In this document: one piece after another, positions 41,351-55,505 of the stretch
Layout of the letters: the number at the start of each line of letters is the position of its first letter
Position numbering within the stretch: position 1 is the first letter of the stretch
NCBI RefSeq assembly: GCF_006345805.1
Contig: NC_043012.1
Span: 12,214,001-12,278,000 of the forward strand
Direction: 5' to 3'
Length of the DNA stretch: 64,000 nucleotides
From: Octopus sinensis
Lineage: Eukaryota
The notes under the pieces: model-generated
The model's database searches: none
Told to the model about the DNA's origin: nothing
The model's input: only the letters and a program-made list of their open reading frames with translations
Made by a program: the position numbers and the translations under genes

Positions 41351-42194
41351 GCAATAAATACCAAAATTTAGAGAAACGTGTGTATGTGTGTGTGTCTCTG
41401 TGTGTGTGCATGTAAGTATATATATATATTTATATATGTGTGTGTGAGTGTATGTGTGTGCGTATGTAAATATTTTATAAAATAACCCCACCCCCAACAT
41501 AATGGATTCTTGGTAATGGATCTATCGAGAAGTGCCCGAATATTCCATCTTCAATCCGTATATCGAGGAGTTATATTTGCCAGGCCATCCTTCTCAAACT
41601 TATTCTCTCCATACCCTCAGTACTATGTTGCATACTGTATGGTACACGATTCTGGTACATAGTTAAGTATTAATAGCTTTAAGTCAACAACGATAACAGC
41701 TTCCGTTCTATGTTCTGTTAAAACAAGCCTCCATTCAACATCAATCGATAATGTTACGTTCTGTTTGCTGTTCATGCCAAAACGCATCTATTCTTTAATA
41801 GTCACCATGTATTTGTCTGATCATAAGTTGCTTGATTCTTTTTTTTTGGGGGGGGGGGTATAATCTAATTAATTAGAGTCTTGTGTTCTCTAATACATGC
41901 ATTAGCCCATTTAGATTATTGTATAACACCGGTCTCCTTCACTCCAGTTTCTATCTCTTGCGCATTCACTGAGTCAAATAAAAATATTTTTGTGTCAACA
42001 TAAGAATAATTAGACACGATGGGTGTGATTTACCATGCGATTATCGTACCATAACGACTAAGTTGTGCATTATATCACAAACCATGTTTCTAATGCACGG
42101 CTATATTTACATTTATTTATTTTTTTGCTACTTCCGTTTCTTGTTTTATTTCTGAGGTGAGAGGACGTTTCATGTGACCTTCAGGGAAATATCT

Positions 42195-42512
42195 ATTATT
42201 TATTTATGCGCCCTTTTCAAGCATAGCCAGGCTCATGGGCCCGGTTTCCCGGTTTCTGTGGCGTATGTGTTCCCCCCAGCTGGACGGGACGCCAGTCCAT
42301 AGCAGCGTTACTCAGGAAACAGGAAGTGAGAATGAGAGAAAGTTGGGTCGAAATAGTACAACAGGGGTCACCACCAGCCCCTGCCGGAGTCACATGGAGC
42401 TTTAGGTGTTTTCGCTCAATAAACACACACACAACGCCCGGTTTGGGAATCGAAACCGCGATCCTCCGACCGCGAGTCTACTGCCCTAACTACTGGGCCA
42501 TTGCGTCTCCAC
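42195..42512 (-). mobile_element. SINE family A variant with Meta-like tail
   Basis: Family A tRNA head plus cagctggacgggacgccagtccat.gcagcgtt and (TTAT)n tail. Confidence 0.9.
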
Positions 42513-43670
42513 TTTAGTGAAATATTACTTCCACATATTGAACTTCAATCCTCTATTTTCCCTAGTGAAATACTCTAGTTTTGGTACAAGGCCAGTAGTT
42601 TTGAAGGGTTAGGGCAAGTCGTTACATCAACCCAGTGTATATTTTATTGATGCCAAAATGATGAAAGGCAAAGTCGAATTTAGGTTTCAGAGCGTGAAGA
42701 GTCATAAAAAAATGTCCCCTTAGCATTTTGTCTGACACTTTAACTATTCTGCTAGCTTGCAGTTATTCTTAGCGAAAAATAAACATAATTAAATAATGTA
42801 CCGGAAATCCAAGCCCGAGGCTATAGTGGAAGAAACTTGCCCAAGGTGCCACGCAGTGGGACTGAACCCTGAACCTTGTGGTTTGTAAGCAAGCTACTAA
42901 TCACACAGCCACATGTATGTATGTATGTATGTATGTATGTATGTATGTATATATGTATGTATGCATGTGTGTATGTATACATTTCTATCAGCAAACATTT
43001 TAAAACTAACTTTATTTTTTTCTCTCTGTTCTCATCCCCCTTTTATCAAAAGACATGTATCCTACATGGCACTACCCACCACCACCACCACTAATGGTAC
43101 CAGACACACACCTAACAGGAAATTACTAAAGCTTCTTTATGAAATTAAGATAGTTGACTCCAGGTCAACTATTCAGATGGAACCAGCAAGGGCGCACTTT
43201 CACAAGCCCTTCATAAAAAACACTTTAAGCACCTCACTACCTTCCTTCTGACTCCACTCTCACCTCTAGTTCATCTACACTCCTTCACTCCCACAGGTAT
43301 TAACAAACCCCCAGCCCCATCCTAGACACATCCAAATCTCTCATATATATAAAATCTCAGAGTACAACACCACGTGATGTCAGTTAGACAATTACCACCG
43401 ACGAATGCGAGAAAATTCTCCAGAAAAGTTAAACAGGAATCGTTAGAAAATATTTCCATCGAAGTGAACAATGAACTCTTTAGATCTACAAAGCAAACCG
43501 TAAATTTATATTATTTAAAGATTAAATTGATTAGCACTACCAGTGAAGTTATTTTTTTCCTCTTCCAAGTATACCTATCTGTAACCAAGATTTCACACAT
43601 TTCACACGCACGCGCGCACGCACGCACACACGTATTCAAGTATTAATTGAATGTATTATGTAATCAAGAA

Positions 43671-43710
43671 CTAATTCTAGTTTGTTTCTTTTCTTTTATT
43701 GCAGGTTTGT
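43671..43710 (+). promoter_or_regulatory. Strong 3' splice site followed by GT (second candidate recursive site or 38-nt cryptic exon)
   Basis: CTAAT (43671-75)...tttgtttcttttcttttattgCAG|GTTTGT, junction 43704/43705; next ag|gtaaaa at 43742/43743. Confidence 0.4.
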
Positions 43711-43936
43711 ACAACTTTTTCATTTCCTAATATGAATTGAAGGTAAAAACTTGTCGATTCTTTTCTTTTCTGTTTGCAAACTAGAAAAAAAGAAATATAG
43801 CACACGTACAAATAGAGACATCTACACACAACCCCCCTCCACACACACACATTTGTACGTACATATATACATGCATGCATATGTGCATGCATAACCACAC
43901 TCACACATGTAATATATCTAAATAAACATATATGTA

Positions 43937-43970
<34 letters not shown>

Positions 43971-43977
<7 letters not shown>

Positions 43978-44090
43978 ATTAGAAAAAAACACCTTTTATT
44001 TTTGATATTTACATTATATGTACTTTTCTAGATGGTGTAATTAATTGTTAATTTTGAATTGATAAAAGGTGTTTTTTACTAATATTCATA
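43971..44090. repeat. 120-bp fold-back embedded in (TA)n
   Basis: tatgaaaattagaaaaaaacaccttttat (43971-43999) versus ataaaaggtgttttttactaatattcata (44062-44090). Confidence 0.8.
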
Positions 44091-44175
44091 TATATATATA
44101 TTATATTTTGTGAAATTTGATTTAGTATTTCTAAATTGAATTTTTCCTGTAAGTTAGGAATAATATTCCCTCAAA

Positions 44176-44248
<73 letters not shown>

Positions 44249-44523
44249 TCACACAGACACACTTACACACACACACTCACTCACACACACTAAAAAGCTT
44301 CTTTGATTTTAATAATATCAGTTATGTAAAATTTTAAAACCAATCAACACAGATCAACGTAAAGAAGCTTTTGTGTAAGTAATTATATGTGTCGTTGTCT
44401 GTGGCGGTTGTATCTCTACGGCTTATATATTCACTAAGATTTAATTGATGTATTTTTGAAAACTACTGTAACGAATAATAAACAACCAGCAATACGCTCC
44501 TTCTTCTTCTTCTTCTTCTTCTT

Positions 44524-44554
<31 letters not shown>

Positions 44555-45068
44555 TTGTTATTATTATTCTCCTCCTACTCCTCCTTCTTCTTCTTCTTCT
44601 GCTTCTCCCTAGTAAATGTTGTTTTGTGAAGAAAATATTTTGGAGAATGAGCATGTTGTTTATTAACTATTTTTAATTTTAACTATGGATCCCTTTGATT
44701 CTTATTTTACTCACACGGATGTTTAAAAAATATCATTACATATATAAGGATATTATATAAGAATACTTTCTTGAGATTTGTATTAAAAACGTTGTTAAAA
44801 GATTTCGTGTAATGTAGAAGTATAACCGATTTATTGCGTCATGCAATTAGGGTCATGCAGACCCTAATTAAGAACCATTGATCTATAATGAACATTGACT
44901 TAATTTTGATTCTCAATTTATACAATTTCTTTTTTTACATAAACTGCGGGTCTTAAGAAATTCGCTTCTCAACTCAACCATTTGGTCAGTAGCACCATGT
45001 GGTACCTTGGGCAATGTTTTCCACTATGATTCGAGTGTATTTGTGGGACGAAAATTTAAAGCTGTCCG

Positions 45069-45118
<50 letters not shown>

Positions 45119-45201
45119 GAATGTATGTATATACAAGAGTTAAGGAAAGGAGTAGATAAGATCCTGGCTACATATGTTTCCTAGTAGGCGGAACCTCGGA
45201 A

Positions 45202-46551
45202 GTGGTAAATATCCGAGCGAGGTGTATGCGGCAGGCTATCGATCAGGCGAAGGGAAACTTGATTGAATGAAAAGTTTATTTATATGTATGCATTTATGTG
45301 TGTGTATGTGTGCGCGCGTGTGACCTTGACTTGACATCGTTTGATTGTTGTAAAGTAGAATAACCCTCATAAAAGCGCTGTCACTCTTTTATAAAGTTTC
45401 GTGGGGTAACGTTAGTTTTTTGAAAACTGCAGAGGATTGACGACAGTTAGTCGAATCCAGCTGAGTTCTGAATCTGGTTTCGCGCTTCTTTTGAAATCAT
45501 TTCACATTATACAGTTCATTGTTTTAGTTTTACTCTGACGTCGATGTTGTTTTTACTGTTGTTTTTCTTGTAGTTATTGTTGTTCATCACTCGAAATGAT
45601 TGACAATGCTCCACAGATTAACCGAGGTTGCAACCATGAATACCTGTGACAAATTGAATGGCATCAGAGCTACTTGATGCCGATTTGAGGAGCAATACTT
45701 CCCTGCAGCATATTTTAGCATTTATACACAAACACGCGTGCACACGAACTACTCACTCATGCCGCAGCTCTCTCTCTCTCGCTCTCTCTCTCTCTCCGTC
45801 TCCCTTATTGCCCCCTTTTTTACTATATATATATATATTTTACTATTATATATATATATATGGAGGTATGTATGCATGTATCACTGTATATACGGGAGAG
45901 AAACAGGTAACATCAAACAGACAAGCATTAAAATAGGGGGCAATAAGGGAGACGGAGAGAGAGAGAGAGCGAGAGAGAGAGAGAGCTGCGGCATGAGTGA
46001 GTAGTTCGTGTGCACGCGTGTTTGTGTATAAATGCTAAAATATGCTGCAGGGAAGTATTGCTCCTCAAATCGGCATCAAGTAGCTCTGATGCCATTCAAT
46101 TTGTCACAGGTATTCATGGTTGCAACCTCGGTTAATCTGTGGAGCATTGTCAATCATTTCGAGTGATGAACAACAATAACTACAAGAAAAACAACAGTAA
46201 AAACAACATCGACGTCAGAGTAAAACTAAAACAATGAACTGTATAATGTGAAATGATTTCAAAAGAAGCGCGAAACCAGATTCAGAACTCAGCTGGATTC
46301 GACTTACTGTCGTCAATCCTCTGCAGTTTTCAAAAAGCTAACGTTACCCCACGAAACTTTATAAAAGAGTGACAGCGCTTTTATGAGGGTTATTCTACTT
46401 TACAACAATCAAACGATGTCAAGTCAAGGTCACACGCGCGCACACATACACACACATAAATCCATACATGTAAATAAACTTTTCATTCAATCAAGTTTCC
46501 CTTCGCCTGATCGATAGCCTGCCGCATACACCTCGCTCGGATATTTACCAC
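45202..46551. repeat. Long inverted repeat: about 615-bp arms, about 120-bp spacer
   Basis: 45202-45815 is the reverse complement of 45936-46551. By eye, four substitutions and one extra GA unit (not an exhaustive alignment). Confidence 0.97.
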
Positions 46552-47426
46552 ACATATATATATATACATATAAATATATACTTATTTGTATTTCTGTACC
46601 CTGACATGTATGATTATTTTGATATATCTCTAACTCTCCCTTATAAAGTGTTGTAAATGTATATAAGTTAGTACGTGTATGTGTTCGTGTACCCATGTGT
46701 GTGAGGGTGCGTGTATCGGTAAACATACTTGCATCTCTCTAACGCACGCAAACATATACGTACGTACACTCATGCAAACACTCAGACACAGACACAGACA
46801 CAGATATATATATATATATGTATATACATTATACGTGCGTGTGTGTGTACGGACGCACATACAATTCCTCACCTTCACAAAACAACCTTTCCTTCAGCAC
46901 TTAATTATAGAAGAGGCTTAAATTCCTTATGGTGTATCTGTCTAAATATGACAACGAGAGAATTTCTATGGTTGTCCTCTGGTAGTATCTAATAATAGGC
47001 TTGCGTTTTCACAACAAAATATCAAAATCCATTCGTTGGTTTCAGATTCAATGAAACCTTTCAAATGTTGTTTAGAACAATAACATTAACAACAGCAACA
47101 GCAGCAAAAGTAGCAGCAACAGCATCATCAGTGTCATCATCGTCATCAACGGCAAGAACATCAATAGCAGTAATAGTAACCTTCCTCCTATTCTCTGTTG
47201 TTTGCGCGTAAATATATATATATAAATGTGTGTTTGTGTGTGTGTAAGCATACATATATATGTGTGTGTTCATATATATATATATATGTATGTGTATGTG
47301 TGTATATATATATATATATATATGCATTCATATATATACATATATCTATCTGTCTGTATATATATCAATCTATCTATCTATCTGTCTATCTATATATCTG
47401 TTTATCTATCTATCTATCTATTTTCT

Positions 47427-47460
<34 letters not shown>

Positions 47461-47499
47461 ATACATACACATATATATGTCTGTCTGCACACACATATG

Positions 47500-47567
<68 letters not shown>

Positions 47568-47805
47568 TATATGTGTGTGTGTGTGTGTGTGTGTAACAAA
47601 GAGCAAACCCATTTAAACTGACGTAGTGTATTGAGATTTCTATATAGTATGCAGTTATGAAATCATACTGGTGGTTGTTTAGCCCCAGACCAATGTTATT
47701 ATCGAAGGCATTCCACCCGTGATCATCCCGTCTCTTTAGAGGTTATCTAGTACGAAATACTCTTTGATTAAGCTTTGTGAAGTGTGAAACACAATTAATG
47801 TTAGA

Positions 47806-48060
47806 AGAGTTCACTTTGCTGGACATTGTTGGTCATTGGTGGTGAAGCGAGGAAGAGTCGTTAAATGGACATCAGTGGGTAGATAGACAAACTTGGACAT
47901 CAGCATTGCTCTGCTGGTGATTCTGGAAAGACTTATGCCCATCAGTTAAAAGATGGGATTGGATGACTCCGAGAGGAACAATTGCTACAAGCCTCGGAAG
48001 TTACATTATGCGATGAGAAGATGGACATGCAAATTGGACAAGGTTGACTCTACGAAGGCG
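47806..48060 (+). mobile_element. Probable RTE-X/RTE-type LINE 3' fragment
   Basis: Translation pieces HFAGHCW..., SAGDSGKTYAHQLKDGIG resemble the FAGHC.R...GRP.KTY..QL thumb/tail of RTE-group elements; heavily decayed. Confidence 0.45.
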
Positions 48061-48959
48061 ATATCAGTTATAATAAGGAAGATGACGATGATGAAGACGA
48101 CGACGATAATGACGACGATGATGATGATGAAGAAGATGGTAATGATGATAGTGGTGGTGGTAATAATAACGACATCGTAAATAATGATGATGCTAAAAAT
48201 GTTGTAGTTTACGCTTTGAGATGACATCTACCAACTGCCAAAAATTCATGTCATGAGTAACAAGTCATTATCGTTTAAAAGTTAATGTATCCACCCTGTA
48301 TATCATTCATCTTCTCATTCATAGATTAACTCGTTCATTCATTGGTTTACTCGTTCTTTCATCTCATCTCTGTATGTGGATGGATATAAGAAGAAATTCC
48401 GATGACACGTTGGACACTCAGAGAGCACAAAACCAGCGTCAGCTACAGCGCTGCCGCTACGATCCCGTTTAACGACTTTCTACTAACTGTCGTATAATCT
48501 ATATAACCTGAGGCTTATGATATATATAACATGATAACCTGTGTCATATAATATAAATAACATGTCAAATATTACGTGTGTGTGTGTGTATTTAAACACA
48601 ACACATATTACACACATACAAAACTCCATGCAAGCATATATACATACATACATACATACATACTTACATACATAAAGTCCGTTTTATAAATATATATCTA
48701 TATATGTATGTATATGTATGCATCTCTCTCTCTCTCTTTCTCGCTTTCTATACATACATACACACACACCCACACATACATACATACACACATACATACA
48801 TGTATATGTATTTATTTATTCATTTATTTTAAATTTTATTTATCTACGTCTGTTTCTTATATATACCACAGATAAGTACATATATGTCTATAGTGTGTGT
48901 ATTACCCTGTATGTATCTGTGTATTGTTTACGATTTTTCTCCTCTCTCTTCTCTTCCTT

Positions 48960-50546
48960 TCTGTCTTTAGTCTTATGATGTGGTGGTGGCTGTTACTGTC
49001 CAATTTGTGTTTTCTAATGAGGTTCGGTCCGTCTACTGCTATGTGTGTAACTTCTGTGATTTGTCTAAATGTCGTGTCAGTTCTATGCGCCGATAATACT
49101 TTAACCTATTTGCTATTAATTCCAGCCTTCATGTTCTACCAGAGTATGTTTGTAGAACACTGATGAGCCTTTCCCTTCTTTGATCCCCCGCCAGTTTTTA
49201 CCTATACGCTCTCCTCTGCTGCATGCAGTCTCTCCAATGTAGGTTGTTGTCATGCTTCTGCACCGTCCCTCAGTGCATCGTAAGCTATACACTACATTCC
49301 TGACCTTACAGTTAACCCGTGGGTTCATCCTACATACAACACAATTGTACTCCGTGCAGGGAGACTAATCAAAGGGATAGGTACTACACATCTGGAATTT
49401 TAAGTGGCACCAGGCCTCTCTACTACTTTAATTCGTAGATTAGCCTTACTTTATGTTTTTCTAAAAAGGTATGCTAGTTCGCTGCCCGGGGTAGCATCGA
49501 CGAACCTGACGCTCTGTTCGTTTGTAGAGTATGTTTGTAGAACACTGATGAGCCTTTCCCTTCTTTGATCCCCCACCAGTTTTTACCTATACGCTCTCCT
49601 CTGCTGCATGCAGTCTCTCCAATGTAGGTTGTTGTCATGCTTCTGCACCGTCCCTCAGTACATCGTAAGCTATACACTACATTCCTGACCTTACTGTTAA
49701 CCCGTGGGTTCATCCTACATACAACACAATTGTACTCCGTGCAGGGAGACTAATCAAAGGGATAGGTACTACACATCTGGAATTTTAAGTGGCACCAGGC
49801 CTCTCTACTACTTTAATTCGTAGATTAGCCTTACTTTATGTTTTTCTAAAAAGGTATGCTAGTTCGCTGCCCGGGGTAGCATCGACGAACCTGACGCTCT
49901 GGTATTTTTTGTTGTCATACCTAGTGTTAGCCTTATTTATGCTATTATTGGCCCTCTCTGTGCTATTATATGATTTACTCTTGCACAATGGGTAGATCCC
50001 CTTAGCATCACTCTATGATGGCATGGTACTTAGTCCTGGCACCTTTGTACACTAATTCTATCTCCTTTAATTGTAGCCAGAGAACTGCATGCGGTGGATG
50101 AAGTTTTGTATGTGTCTTTCCGATTCCATAGGGTTGCACATGCCAAACACATTCCTCGTTCCTCTCACCAAGTCAGCTATAAGAATGTTGAACTTGGCGT
50201 TGTCCGCAATCGCTGCTTCCTTGAGAAGGTACTTAGAAGCCATGGGTTTGGCATAATGAGAGTGAAGGATCTGGATCTTACCGTTCTTCGTTTCCAACCA
50301 GAGTTCAGTATCTAAATGGGGTAATCTCTTTGTTTGGGTGCTTACTAGCCTAGTCCATCCTTAATTCAATGCTCTGGTGGATGGAGTTAATTATTTGCTG
50401 GATGCTCTCCATAATGTTAGCTTCTAGATCATCAACATTTTCTTGTAGGGATGCTTCGGCTACTATGTTGACATCATCCACTTAGCGGGAGTACATGGCT
50501 GCTTTAAGGAGTTCTCTTAAAATTTTCCGGACAATTGACATGAGTT
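48960..50546 (-). mobile_element. Decayed Penelope-like element: RT C-terminus, linker and GIY-YIG endonuclease
   Basis: MYSR*VDDVNI (YVDD site, about 50462-50494); HYAKPMASKYLL...FIHRMQFSGY; SVRFVDATPGSELA...IKVVERPG; CTEYNCVVC...NCKVRNVVYSLRC...TYIGETACSRGERIG; RQITE. Confidence 0.88.
49141..49901. repeat. 376-bp tandem duplication inside the Penelope-like element, with 9-nt junction insert
   Basis: 49141-49516 and 49526-49901, three substitutions seen; insert ttcgtttgt at 49517-49525. Confidence 0.95.
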
Positions 50547-50682
50547 AAATTTTTTTAAATATATAAAAACAGTAATAAACGAGTGAAGAACAAATATATA
50601 GTGCGAAATAAAATCCCGAAATAGAATATCTACGTATGTATGTATGTATGTATGTATGTATGTATGTATGTATGTATGTATG

Positions 50683-50748
<66 letters not shown>

Positions 50749-50763
50749 ACAAACATTGTATGA

Positions 50764-50810
<47 letters not shown>

Positions 50811-50847
50811 TATGTTTTACTTTACAGCTTTACAGGTGTTTCGCAAT

Positions 50848-50919
50848 CTATTTTATATAGCATAACCTATTTATATAACATGACCTATTTACATAGCGTA
50901 GCCTATTTTATATAGCATA
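50848..50919. repeat. 18-19-bp degenerate minisatellite x4
   Basis: ctatt(t)tatatagcataac-like units. Confidence 0.75.
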
Positions 50920-52660
50920 TTAAATACACTAATGCAAAATTATGGGTGGATGCTTACATCAAAATGTATGCGTATCGTTATATAATACAAATGATCTATT
51001 CACACAAATTAGTGCAAATGCTGAAAGTTCACTCCGTAATCACACTTTCCGGAGTTAGAACTCCATTGTATGACGACTTTCGAAAATACAGTTTACGAAA
51101 TTTCCCGGTCGACGTAAGAATTGTTATTGAATTTGTGCGAGGAGAAACATTGTGCAAGCCTGGATTACAATATCAATTCCAAGGTCCTCATTTGCCTTGC
51201 TATGTCATTCTCTTTAGAGATAAGAGCCCTAACGTACGTATAGTAAATTAAACCACGTCAGACGTTAATCAAAAGAACAGATAATTTGGTTAATTCCACA
51301 ACTGAAAAACATTGGCTTCGAAATCTATGGAACTCCGATTCGTTTTAGAATTTTACCAACGCGTCAATATAGTGTCTATTTTAAAGCAATGTATGCTTCA
51401 ACCATTTAAGTTTTTTAGCTATAGCAAAATTCAGGCTACATGTACGTATTACACACATACACATATACAAATATATAAGCAGGTAGTAATACGAGGAGAA
51501 ATTACAGTATATATATATTTGTGTGTGTGTGTGTATACTATATATGTACATAATATGTATATGTGTGTTTGCGTGTTTTTGCGGATAATACCTTTTGCAA
51601 TATATATATGCGTAGGTGTACAGACACATTTATATGAAGAAATAGGGAGGATAAGAAAGATTGAAAGAGACAAAAGAGCGGGAGAGCTGGATGTATATGA
51701 GAGACAGAGATAGATTTATATGAGAAAGAGGGAGGGGGAGGGATGGAGGAGGGAAAGAGAGGAAAATGGTCTTCAGATTATCGATTAAGTTCGTTGATAA
51801 TGCATTTGGAAAGCCTGAGGGTGGTGAGACTTGCTGTGTATGTAGTATGTTGTTAAATCGGTGTCATTGTACTCGCTCGCTGCTGCCATTCAAAGCAGTA
51901 ATGCTATTAAGTTCAACAAGAACAACAACAACAACAACAACATTACCAACATCGATGATGACAACAACGCCGGTGACAACAACAGCAACAACAACCGCAT
52001 CACTACCAGAATTTCAACACTAACAACATAAAGCCATATCTTGTAAGTTGACACTACTACTACTACTACTACTACTAATACTTCCACCACCACCACCACC
52101 TCTACTACTACTACTAATACTACTACTACTACGTCCCTTTTAGTTGCTATTCTTATCACTTGTAACACCGTTCCCTACTCCATCAAGAAATACAAATGCT
52201 ATCACCACTACTACCTGTACAGAAACCAGGGCAAGGGCGGAGTTACGATTGCCAGCGGTGTAGTACTAAAGCAGTACTAAAGCAGTGCTAAAGATAAAAA
52301 TCGACCAATTCTGAGCCAGTTGCGAATGCGAACAATGAGTGCAACAGCGGCCTTTGCAATAGCAACGATCGCCTCAGAATCGAATGAGAGAGCAACGATC
52401 ACAACATCAACAATGACTGCAAACATAGTTTGTAACAAGTGTGACTGCAACAACGAAGATTGCAACAATTGTGATGGCAACACTAGATATTGCTACGGCA
52501 ACAATGACAACACTACTGATAGAACTAGAAAGATTGTAACGTAATGAGGTCACGTCTTTAGAAATGGCAGTGAACGTGACAGTAGCGACAGGTGGTGTTA
52601 GAGAACGACAACAGTAACAGAAATCACAATTAAAATTCGCAATGAACGTAGCATGAACAA

Positions 52661-52983
52661 TTTTACTTATTTATGCGCCCTTTTCAAGCCTAGGCAGGGT
52701 CATGGGCCCGGTTTCCGAGATTCTGTAACGTATGCGTCCCCCCACCCCCAGCTGGACGGGACGCCAGTCCATTGCAGCGTTACTCAAGAAATAGGAAGAG
52801 AGAGTGAGAGAAATTTGGGTCGAAAGAGTACAATAAGGGTCGCCACCAACCCCTACCGGAGCCCCGTGGAGCTTTTGGGTGTTTCCGCTCAATAAACACA
52901 CACAACGCCCGGTCTGGGAATCGAAACCGCGATTTTCCGACCGCAAGTCCGCTGCCCTAACCACTGGACCATTGCGCCTCCAC
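52661..52983 (-). mobile_element. SINE family A variant with Meta-like tail
   Basis: Close match to 42195-42512. Confidence 0.9.
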
Positions 52984-53339
52984 AGTATGAACGATAGCAA
53001 GAAAAAGTTAAAGAAACCATACGGATATAATTAACAATAGCAATTATAAATGTGACAATATTACGATGACAGCAGGGAATATAATTAGTGATATGAATAA
53101 GTGTGATATAACAGCCACAGGGTAGAGTTAGGAACAGCAAATATTACAACACAAGAACTAGTCCAAATTTTGTACGAACTAAATTTATACAATGTGAAGG
53201 GAAGTGGCTGGAGTTGGGCTAAATATTTGGATTTTAAGACTGGAATTTTGAGAGATATAGAAAAGAAAGAGAAGTGAAGGTCTACGGAAAATCGAAGTGA
53301 AGAAAGGAGCAACAGTTGCAGCAGTAGTAGCAGTAGTAA

Positions 53340-53790
<451 letters not shown>

Positions 53791-54380
53791 GAAGGAGAAT
53801 GAAGCGATTTCCAGTATGATGTAGACATGTCATTAGCGAGTGAAAATGTCAAGTTGTTTTGGATTCCTTTGTTAAAGGTTGATTTGAACTGTAAATGCTG
53901 GTAGCCATTAGAGATAGCGGTCTTGTTAGTTGTGCTGTAACACATACTGTAAAGACGATGATGGTGTCTGAAATAAGAACTATGAGTATCCTCGAATTAT
54001 TTATTGGGTTAGAGTTATATTTATCATTTATTAACAGTATTCAGCTCGCTAGCGATAGCAGCTAAATGTCTCTCAAAGCAATCCCAACATGGAACTAAAT
54101 TTCAGCATGTATTTTACTTGGATGCACCGCTCGCTCCTGCTACCTCTCTCTGATATAGACGGACTCAATTACGCACGTATACAAGCACGCATGCACACGC
54201 GCACAAAAGTATGCGCATATGTGCGCATACATCTGAACACGCATCTAAACATACCTTTGCATCATTTTTATATTTTAGTTGTTTTCAATCATTGTACGTT
54301 GGCCATGTTGGTTCACCCTAAAGCAAACTGGTTATCAACTGGTAGGAGTGCAAACAGAAACACAGACACATACGGACACA

Positions 54381-54422
<42 letters not shown>

Positions 54423-54604
54423 TCAAGTGGATGTATTATAAAACTATTCCGCACATACAATAACAGCCATACCAGCAATCCAACATATCTCCATCATCAG
54501 CTGCCCCACGGATATCATTAAGGTTTCGACAACTGGGCAATATATATATATATATAATATATATATATATATATAATATATATATATATATATAATATAT
54601 ATAT

Positions 54605-54699
<95 letters not shown>

Positions 54700-54990
54700 C
54701 AAGGTGTCTCAAATTAAGGCAACCAGCTTTTTTCAAATTTTCTATAGCAAAATATTGTGATATTTCGGATCTGAGTGTTGCAATTCAATGGTAAAAGAAA
54801 CACAATTATGACACTACCACATTTCATCGAATCACACCCTTAAGTCTTGGTGCGAATGCTTCACACGCAGCACGTAGCTGTTCTAGTGGAATCGACGCCC
54901 ATTGTTGGCGCAGTTTCGCCTTTCGAGCGTCGAGTGAAGCATGAGGAGAGCTCGAGATCCTTGTCTCCAAAATGGACCAAACAGTAAAAC
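54700..54990 (+). mobile_element. Probable Tc1-like transposon single terminus
   Basis: TA|caaggtgtctcaaattaaggcaacc resembles CAGGGTG-type Tc1 ends; no matching right TIR found. Confidence 0.4.
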
Positions 54991-55248
54991 CCAGAGTGTT
55001 GAGATCGATCCAAAAAAATTCTTATACAATGAACAGTACTAATTCCTTCTACTGCAACTCTCTTAACTCATATCTGGTGATGGGGTATCATATATTTTTC
55101 TGAAACAGCTGTAAGACCAACTGTGTTTTTATAAATGTCCTAGAAATATCACATTGCCTTAGACTTGTTATATTTCATTAAAAAGGAAACACATACATAC
55201 ATACATACATACATACAAACAAACAAACAGCTGACTTCCATGCAGTTT

Positions 55249-55505
55249 GCTTGTTCCTTCTCGAGCCATGCATGGCTTAAAAGGGCCGGTTTCCTTGGCG
55301 TATAGGTTCCGCCACCTGGACAGGAAGAAAGAGTGAGAGAATGTTGTGGCGAAAGAGTCATCAGAAGTTCGCCATTATCTTCTGCCGGAGCCGCGTGGAG
55401 CTTTGCTGTTTCGCTCATAAACACACACATCGTCCGGTCAGAGATTCGAACCCGCGATCCCTCGACTGCGAGTCCACTACTCTAACCACTAGGCAATGTG
55501 CCTCC
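55249..55505 (-). mobile_element. SINE family A, internally deleted, 12-bp TSD
   Basis: TSD tccatgcagttt at 55237-55248 and 55506-55517; tRNA head ggcacattgcctagtggttagag...ggttcgaatc on the minus strand. Confidence 0.85.

Noticed and set aside
42913-43251. 112-aa ORF with a non-repetitive C-terminal half
   Set aside because: Starts in a (GTAT)n repeat; no motif or splice signals I can recognise.
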